Assembly: GCF_006345805.1 (NCBI RefSeq)
Contig: NC_043003.1
Span: 72,478,001 to 72,542,000 of the forward strand
DNA: 64,000 nt
Source of the DNA: Octopus sinensis
Lineage: Eukaryota
Direction of reading: 5' to 3'
Below the pieces are notes generated by a model, which saw only the letters and a list, made by a program, of their open reading frames with translations, had not been told where the DNA came from and made no database searches. The stretch's first letter is position 1; every line of letters starts with the position of its first letter. Shown here in pieces: positions 55,790 to 64,000 of the stretch. The position numbers and the translations under genes are program-made.

Positions 55790-56235
55790 TGCCCTGATTT
55801 TTGGGGCAGGTGCCTTTTTTCAGTTCCTTATCTCCGATTTATTGGCGTATGCCCAGAGCAGGCCCGTTCACTCGCTCCGTGTACGCCACTCTCATCCCGC
55901 TTTCAACAAAATGGGTGGAAGGTAACACTTCTCTCTCCATCATTATTTTCCTCTTCAAGGGAAATTTGACGAAGCTGATGAAGAATTGAGCAAAGAGGAA
56001 AGTGTTTGTCATCAGCCCCTTTCAATCTCATCTACTATACAAGCTCTTTCGCCATGTCCGCCTGGCATATAAAAACCGCCTACCCTTCTCGGTTAAAAGA
56101 AGGTGGCAAGGGCGATCTTCACGAGGGATTCAATTGATAAACAGATCCACCCACCTATAAACAATGCTCGGGCAGTGGACGAGTGCATGCAGGGCGGTTT
56201 TGTCGCGCTGTGCGCGTCTCTTGGACGCCGTATGC
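55790..56235 (-). mobile_element. Older Tx1-like LINE 3' remnant
   Basis: Homologous to 37840-38260 (ALHALVHCPSI; GAGGAAAGTGTTTGTC shared). Confidence 0.7.
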
Positions 56236-56286
56236 AAAACATACAGTTATTAGTGTATTATATGTGAATATTACATTTAAAGTTGA

Positions 56287-56500
56287 AGGCAGCGAGTTGG
56301 CAGAATCGTTAGCATGCCAAAAACATTGCTTACCAGCATTTTGTACGTCTTTATGTTTTGATTTCAAATTCTGCAGGGGTCGACTTTGTTTTTCGTCCCT
56401 TTCGGGATTGGTAAAAACGATTTCTTCTTGAGCCCTGGAATCCATGCAAAGGACTTACTTCCTCCCCCCAAATTGCTGGCATTGTGCCAAAATCTGAAAC
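56287..56500 (+). mobile_element. SINE family M
   Basis: GGCAGCGAGTTGGCAGAATCGTTAGC head; GTCGACTTTG body. Confidence 0.8.
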
Positions 56501-56509
56501 CAATATTAC

Positions 56510-56810
56510 ATACTGGGACACCACCTTGAATGGTTTAGCCGAACAAATCAACTCCAGTAATTATTAAATTTGGTATTTGTCGTATCGATCTCTTTTGCCA
56601 AACGGCCAAGTCACGGGATACAGAACAACATCGGTTGTCAAGTGGATGGCCTCCTTTCAATTTCCATCAACCAAATCCACGCATGTCTTCCGTTATAGCC
56701 TAGGGCCTTCGTCGACACGAGGCTATAGTAGAAGACACATGCTCAAAGTATCAAGCAGTATTACTGAACTGTGGTTCAGAAACAAACTTCTCGCCACACA
56801 GCTACGCCTG
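56510..56810 (-). mobile_element. Decayed tRNA-SINE (head shared with 63818)
   Basis: GGCTATAGTAGAAGACAC and CCACACAGCTACGCC match the reverse complement of the 63818 family. Confidence 0.65.
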
Positions 56811-57224
56811 AAATAACTTAATAAAAATGTTTAAACATGCGTAAAAATGAGGTGAGCAGGTAGGAGAGATATAACAGTGGTCAATGACCTTTCGAGTAGA
56901 AACAAAACGGAAGGAATTTATCCCAGTAAGTACAACTGATATTTGTATCGTGTGGGTTATAATACGTCAGTATTATATATAAAAATTTACCCTTTAAATA
57001 ACATCCCTGTGCAAGCACGGGAAGAAAGAACAGATGAACCCTTGGAACAAACAAGACAAAACGAACTTTTGTTTGAATACAACCGAAACAAAATGAAACA
57101 AATCAACTTCAAATAAAATTAATGTTTTTTAAAAGCAAATCAAATTTTACCACCGATAAATCAATCAACAGCAAAGACATCGATCAGTTTGGGATGAATT
57201 ATAACTGTTCTAACGTAATATCTA

Positions 57225-57752
57225 GATGATGAGGATGATGATCATGACCATGATCATCATGATCATCTTGATCATCATCATCATCATCATCATTATCATC
57301 ATCGTCGTCGTCATCGTCTCACATTCATGAAGTGGAGGATGATATAGGTGATTGATGATGGTGGTGAAAAGGAAAAGGATGATGATGAGGAGGAAGAGGA
57401 GGAGGATGAAGATAATGATGATGAGGATGAGGTGGAGGAGGAGGAGGAGGGGGATGAAGATGAGGATGATCATGATCATGATCATGATAATAAGGATGGT
57501 AGCAGGAATATAAACAAAAAGAATAGCAACGATGATAATTGAACCAATAACAGCAAGAGCAATAACAAAAATTAAACAACAACCGTACCACACCACCACC
57601 ACCAACAACAACAACAACAGTAACAACAACAGCAACAACAACAGTAATAGCAGTAGCTGCAGTACAAATAGCGACTTTAACAACAATAATAATACTAAAA
57701 TGAACTGTGCTAAATCTAGTTAAAAAGTGAATGTCATTTCAAAGAATGAGGT

Positions 57753-57850
<98 letters not shown>

Positions 57851-57915
57851 CAACAACAACAACAACACTATCACCAGCACCACCAATATCATTACTATTA
57901 CTACTACTACGACTA
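57225..57915. repeat. Compound trinucleotide microsatellite field
   Basis: GAT/GAG/CAA/TAC/AAT runs. Confidence 0.9.
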
Positions 57916-58692
57916 CTAAATTGAAGTTCACACTAGCACAAAAGCTAGATGCAACACGACCTAAAGCTCATGTCACGAGTTATTTGATGATATATACACA
58001 TATGCACAAACACACACTCAAACTCACTCACATGTACACGCACATACATCTACATGGATACATACATAGATGTGTGCGTGCGTGTGCATGTCCATCTGTA
58101 CACACACACAAACACACTCTTACACACACACATACACTTATATATATATATGTATATGTATGTATATATTACACATACACGCATATATATTTGTCTGTAT
58201 ATACATAGTGTATGTATGTATGCATGCATGTATGCTTATATGTCTGTAAGTATGTATGCGTTTATGTATGTACCTATGTATGTATGTGTGCATGCATGTA
58301 TGTGTGTACTAATGTTATAAGATATGCAAACGACGGTATTGAGTTACCGACTAATTGAGACATGTATATTAATACATAAAAATACCAATAATGTTTGCTG
58401 CGTTTCTTATTAGATAATGTGACACGGAATCTGCACTTTAGCCTATCCTCCGGTGTGTTGACGGCATTCATAGTGCGTAGGATATAGGAGTTTAATGTGG
58501 AACAAGTGGAACGAGTTACTAGCTCCAAATTCGTTGTAACATACCGTACTTGCTAGTACACTGTTAATTATATATGCGTGTGTGTGTGTGTGTGTATGTG
58601 TGTGTAATGCATACTTTCAAATGCACATAAGCCTAAGTACATATAACTGCTTTAATTATATATTATTATTATCATTATCATTATCATTATTA

Positions 58693-58791
<99 letters not shown>

Positions 58792-59003
58792 GGCGGCGAG
58801 CTGGCAGAATCGTTTGCAGACCGGGCGAAATGCTTAGCGATATTTGGTCTGTCTTTATGTTATGAGTTCAAATTCCGCCGAGATCGACTTTACTTTTCCT
58901 CCTTTCGGGGTCGATTAAATAAGTGCCAGTTATGCATTAGAGTCGATGTAATTGACTTAATCCTGTTCTCCAAATTCCAGGTCTTGTGCTTCCAGTAGAA
59001 AGG
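58792..59003 (+). mobile_element. SINE family M within (ATT)n
   Basis: Full copy, (ATT)n on both sides. Confidence 0.9.
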
Positions 59004-59007
59004 ATTA

Positions 59008-59039
<32 letters not shown>

Positions 59040-60438
59040 TTCATATATACTCAACAGATTAGACTGTTGGGAAAAAAAGGAATTCTAATATCGGGCTACA
59101 TTCAGCAAGTAAACTTAGATGCAAGAGAACCCACCTATTGGGTTACCGCAAGTAACCTTAGATGCCAAGAAACCTTCTGAGTATCTTAGTTGTCCCTAAT
59201 AACACCGTTTTCGGGAGCTGTACTAAACTGGGTCATATGCCTATTTCCTCTATCCATCTGTTCAGATCTTTAGGGATAGTTCCCAATACACCTATAACTA
59301 CTGGGATATATTTTACCCGCAGTTTCCATAGTCTCTGTAATTCAGTAGCTAGGGTCTGGTACTTTGCTATGTTTCTGTACCTCTCGTATTAATTCTTTCA
59401 TTATTTGGCACTTTCTATTCTCTTTATCTACAACTACTACTACTACTACTACCAAATCAGGCCTTCTAGATTCTTTACTCTATCAATCTGAATGTTAAAG
59501 TCCCACGACATCTTGTATTTCTTACTTTCTAGCATTTTACTAGATTGATGTTCATACCATTTATCAGTATGTTCAAATCCTAGCTTTCTACATAGATCCC
59601 AATGGATTGCTCTCCTTAGATTGTCATGTCTTTTCTTGTATTCTTTGTGCCAGCACGCTACATTCACTTACTACACGAGTAACGCTTTCCTGTTTTGATT
59701 TGCGTAATCTACATTGAGAATCTACTTAGTCTTTGTTAATTTTGGCTTTTATTCAATTAGTCCTTAATGTTTGATCTTATGCAGCTACTAACAAATTTTT
59801 TGTTTCCTTCTTCAGCTTTCTCTTATGCAACCATAGCCATGTCTCACTACTACTATATGTTGCAACTATCTTTGGGAATCCATCATGCAACGCCTTCTCC
59901 TGCCAATCAGATAATTTCTGTTCTTTTTTTCGGTTTTTATGTTCGTTTGGGGTTTTGATCTCCCTATGCCTTGCTATGATTATAGCAGCTTTTAATAAAT
60001 TTTCTTCACTATTACCTATATAGGAGTCTATATCTACTCTAACAAGCTCCATGCAGTCTTCTACTAACATCTTCTGCCTTCCTTTCTAGGTAGGTATAAT
60101 CTTGCTACTCCTGCTCTTGAGTGGAGTCCTCCATTCATACTGAATTCCTTCCTAGTTCTTCTGTCTAGCTTTGCTAATTTAGTTTTTGTCCAATCTACAA
60201 AAGCTGCTGAATATCTAAGTACTGATACTGCCCAAGTATTTACACCCGTCACTAGATTCAGACCATTTAGCTTTGACTTCATTAGCTTCCTCACCCTTCT
60301 GATGCATTCTTTCTCAATTTTCTTTTTCAGTTCTATAGTTAGTACTCTGTCAGATTCTAATACTCCTAGATACTTATAACTCTCTTCTCCTTTCAAAGAT
60401 TTCAATGTCTGGCCATCTGGTAATTGGATGCTTTCGCC
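59040..60438 (-). mobile_element. Decayed R4/Dong-type LINE, third subfamily
   Basis: QLPDG..YKYLGVLE, NTWAVSVLRYSA, LKKET..LLVAA, RHDN..RAIHWDLC; 3' end abuts (AAT)n. Confidence 0.85.
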
Positions 60439-60748
60439 TCTTCCCCTCTTTTCTTGGTACATAAAGTCTGTCTGTGTCACTTTTTGGGTGGAGTGTCCCA
60501 TAACTAGTTAGCGACTTCCTTGTCTTTCCGTCTACCATCCATGCGATTACTCCTGCTCCATATCTAAGGAGTGAAACCGCCCAGGTGTTGATAGCTTCAA
60601 TCTTATTCCGTCCTTTTATTTTCGACTTAAGGATTAGTCTCAGTCTGCGCAAGTACTCCACCTTAAATTTTTCTATCGTTTCTTTCTCCATCAATTTATC
60701 CATTTCTAAAATCCCCAAGTACTTATAGCCCGTCTCTTCTATTTGCTT
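60439..60748 (-). mobile_element. R4/Dong-type fragment, fourth subfamily, fused to previous
   Basis: LKQIEETGYKYLGILEM...AINTWAVSLLRYGAG...LYVPRKEG. Confidence 0.85.
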
Positions 60749-60749
60749 C

Positions 60750-60947
60750 AGATGAGTTCAAGGCTACTGGATCAAAAGATTTGGTGAATGTCATGCACGA
60801 ATAGCTGCGCAACTCAACACCTTGTTAAATGCCGACCAAGCAATACAAGAGTGGTTGACATTGGGTAGGACAGAGCTGTGCTTGAAAAACATCGAAAAAG
60901 GCAATACGGTAGACAATTACAGGCCGATGTCCTGTGTGCCACTATAG
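60750..60947 (+). mobile_element. Inverted RT N-terminal segment of an R4/Dong-type LINE
   Basis: Plus frame QGYWIKRFGECHARIAAQL...WLTLGRTELCLK...DNYRPMSCVPL. Confidence 0.8.
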
Positions 60948-60973
60948 GGAACAAAAAAACTTCAATATCGACA

Positions 60974-61021
<48 letters not shown>

Positions 61022-61067
61022 CATCATCATCATCATCATCATCATTATTATTATTATTATTATTATT

Positions 61068-61619
61068 GAGTGAGAGAGCAGTGCATGCCATCAAAGTGAA
61101 ACTGGGGTAAAAATATACAAAGCCCAGTATACCCAACATGACTACCCGTCTGATAAGGGTACACTAGGCACATGCATCCCAACCATGTGTGCGCGACATG
61201 GTGATCTCATATCAAGATAAACAGCACATGACCTTGCAGGTGGGGCCCAGTTAGAATTTTCTTCTGGTTGAGTAACCCATCTCGCTCAAAAGGTCCTCGA
61301 ATAAGGGTTGTCCATGGATGTTGAACGAAACACCCATGTTTCCAGAGGTGAATTATTCAAACCCCAAAGAATCCCTCTCAACACATGGCTATGATGCTCC
61401 TCCACTACTTCTGCTCGTGATCAGAGATGCACATATCGTCAGCCAAGGGACATACTCAAATGGTTAAAGTCAAACAACTGACAAGCAAATCTGTGGTATT
61501 GAGCAGAATATTTGCTGTAGCCCATCTTTTATACCAACACAAAACAATGTACATGATAACACTTCCATTCAGTTAAGATCAGAAGCCATGAGAGCCACTG
61601 CCTAGTACTGCATCAGGGC

Positions 61620-61623
<4 letters not shown>
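61068..61623. mobile_element. Unclassified ~556-bp element embedded in (TAT)n
   Basis: GAGTGAGAGAGC...CAGGGCATTT; no TIR, no clear A/B boxes, no long ORF; same ends at 62988-63538. Confidence 0.85.
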
Positions 61624-61690
<67 letters not shown>

Positions 61691-61693
<3 letters not shown>

Positions 61694-61930
61694 GTTTGAC
61701 TTTTGCTTTATGTTTGTACAAGTTGGCTCCAAGTCTCACCCAGAGACCTCAAGAGACAACAGGTTGGAAGTTCACGTTGTTGTTATGCCTAGTGTGCCAT
61801 ATATTTGGGGTTTTTTTGGTGTTGTACTAGTGAATGTCTAATAAATAATTTTTAAAAAAAGTTTTGTTTTAAACCTTGAGATTACATAGAGAGTATTTTG
61901 CGTAGGATATGAGCAGTTCCCATGAGCACT
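61691..61930 (-). mobile_element. 240-bp 3' end of the 10003-11456 LINE family
   Basis: Reverse complement of ~11218-11456; (AAT)n on both sides. Confidence 0.95.
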
Positions 61931-61940
61931 ATTATTATTA

Positions 61941-61992
<52 letters not shown>

Positions 61993-62200
61993 GGCGGCGA
62001 GCTGGCAGATAGTTAGCACGCCGGACGAAATGCTTAGCGGTATTTCACCCGTCGCTACGTTCTGACTTCAAATTCCGCCGAGGTTGACTTTGCCTTTCAT
62101 CCTTCCGGGGTCGATAAAATAAGTACCAATTGAACAACGTGGTCGATGTAATCGACTCATCCCCATCTCCCACAAGCTGCCCTTGTGGCAAAAATTAGAA
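61993..62200 (+). mobile_element. SINE family M
   Basis: Head GGCGGCGAGCTGGCAG; duplicated at 62651. Confidence 0.9.
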
Positions 62201-62224
62201 GTAGTAACAATAATAATAATAATA

Positions 62225-62259
<35 letters not shown>

Positions 62260-62278
62260 TTATTATTATTATTATTAC

Positions 62279-62322
<44 letters not shown>

Positions 62323-62351
62323 TATTATTATTATTATCATTATTATTATTA

Positions 62352-62591
62352 TATGTTTGACTTTTGCTTTATGTTTGTACAAGTTGGCTCCAAGTCTCAC
62401 CCAGAGACCTCAAGAGACAACAGGTTGGAAGTTCACGTTGTTGTTATGCCTAGTGTGCCATATATTTGGGGTTTTTTTGGTGTTGTACTAGTGAATGTCT
62501 AATAAATAATTTTAAAAAAAGTTTTGTTTTAAACCTTGAGATTACATAGAGAGTATTTTGTGTAGGATATGAGCAGTTCCCATAAGCACTA
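62352..62591 (-). mobile_element. Duplicate LINE 3' end
   Basis: Offset 661 bp from 61691 copy, identical truncation. Confidence 0.95.
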
Positions 62592-62650
62592 TTATTATTA
62601 TCATTATTATTATTATTATTATTATTTATTATTATTATTATTATTATTAA

Positions 62651-62858
62651 GGCGGCGAGCTGGCAGATAGTTAGCACGCCGGACGAAATGCTTAGCGGTA
62701 TTTCACCGTCGCTACGTTCTGACTTCAAATTCCGCCGAGGTTGACTTTGCCTTTCATCCTTCCGGGGTCGATAAAATAAGTACCAATTGAACAACGTGGT
62801 CGATGTAATCGACTCATCCCCATCTCCCACAAGCTGCCTTGTGGCAAAAATTAGAAGT
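62651..62858 (+). mobile_element. SINE family M duplicate
   Basis: Near-identical to 61993-62200. Confidence 0.9.
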
Positions 62859-62864
62859 AGTAAC

Positions 62865-62913
<49 letters not shown>

Positions 62914-62932
62914 TTATTATTATTATTATTAC

Positions 62933-62987
<55 letters not shown>

Positions 62988-63538
62988 GAGTGAGCGAGCA
63001 GAGCGTGCCATCAAAGTGAAACTGGGGTAAAAATATACAAAGCCCAGTATACCCATCATGACTACCCGTCTGATAAGGGTACACCAGGCACATGCATCAC
63101 AACCATATGTGCGCGACATGGTGATCTCATATCAAGATAAACAGCACATGACCTTGCAGGTGGAGCCCAGTTAGAATTTTCTTCAGATCGAGTAACCCAT
63201 CCCGCTCAAAAGGTCCCTGAATAAGGGTTGTTTAAGGACGTTGAACGAAACACACACGTTTCCAGAGGTGAATTATTCAAACCCCAAAGAATCCTTCTCA
63301 ACACATGGCTATGATGCTCCCCCACTACTTCTGCTCGTGATCAGAGATGCACATATCATCAGCCACTAAGGGACATGCTCAACTGGTTAAGGTCAAACAA
63401 CTGACAAGCAAATCTGTGGTATTGAGCAGAATATTTGCTGTAGCCCATCTTTTATACCAAGACAAAACAATGTAACACTTCCAATCAGTTAAGATCAGAA
63501 GCCATGAGAGCCACTGCCTGGTACTACATCAGGGCATT
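62988..63538. mobile_element. Second full ~550-bp (TAT)n-embedded element
   Basis: Same termini as 61068-61623, with scattered substitutions. Confidence 0.85.
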
Positions 63539-63561
63539 ATTATTATTATTATTATTATTAT

Positions 63562-63817
63562 CATATTTTTGACTCTTGCTTTGTATTTGTATAAGTTGAC
63601 TCTAAGTCTCACCCAGAGACTTCAAGAGACAACTTAGAAGCTCATGTTGGTGTTAAGCCCGGAGTATCATATGTTTGGTTTAGCACATAGTATTGTTCTA
63701 GAGAATGTATAAGAAAACAAGAAAATTATGAGTTTGTTTTAAAATCTGAGATTTCGTAGACAGTATTTTACATAGGATATGGGCAGTTCCCATGAGCACT
63801 ATCTTTTGAATTTCTGC
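63562..63817 (-). mobile_element. Older R4/Dong-type LINE 3' end
   Basis: Diverged homolog of ~11200-11456; 3' end at (AAT)n. Confidence 0.85.
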
Positions 63818-63968
63818 TATGTGGTAAGTAGCTTGCTTACCAACTACATCTTTCCGGATTCAGTCCCACTGTGTGGTACCTTGGGCTAGTGTCTTCTACT
63901 ATAGCCCTCGGGCCGACCAAAGACTTGTGAATGGATTTGGTAGACAGAAACAGGAAGAAGCCCGTCGT
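63818..63968 (+). mobile_element. tRNA-SINE, 5'-clipped
   Basis: TGTGGTAAGTAGCTTGC...TTCAGTCC...GTGTCTTCTACTATAGCC...GAAGCCCGTCG followed by (TG)n. Confidence 0.85.
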
Positions 63969-64000
63969 GTGCGTGTGCGCGCGTGTGTGTGTGTGCGCGC

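Noticed and set aside
61590-61623. U2 snRNA similarity (CTGGTA(C/T)TGCA; TGCAGTACC) in the 556-bp element
   Set aside because: Only 9-12-nt matches, on both strands; no U2 5' domain or Sm site.

Overview
Eukaryotic, gene-poor, repeat-saturated DNA. The SINE families and microsatellite load resemble what I recall of octopus/cephalopod genomes (inference, not a search result). I found no host protein-coding exon I can support; nearly all ORFs in the track are microsatellite translations or transposon fragments. Contents: many remnants of R4/Dong-type RLE LINEs from several subfamilies, most with intact 3' ends terminating in (TAA)n; a stack of Tx1/L1-like LINE 3' ends embedded in (GATA)n; an RTE remnant; two Penelope-like elements; a well-formed minimal hammerhead ribozyme plus degenerate ones; Tc1/mariner remnants and MITEs; Helitron derivatives; several modular tRNA-SINE families; an unclassified ~556-bp element embedded in (TAA)n; three microsatellite-bounded tandem duplications; and a 2.7-kb two-module satellite with a ~350-bp palindrome. 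All motif calls are manual translations and alignments by eye; element ends without a clear terminal motif are approximate.
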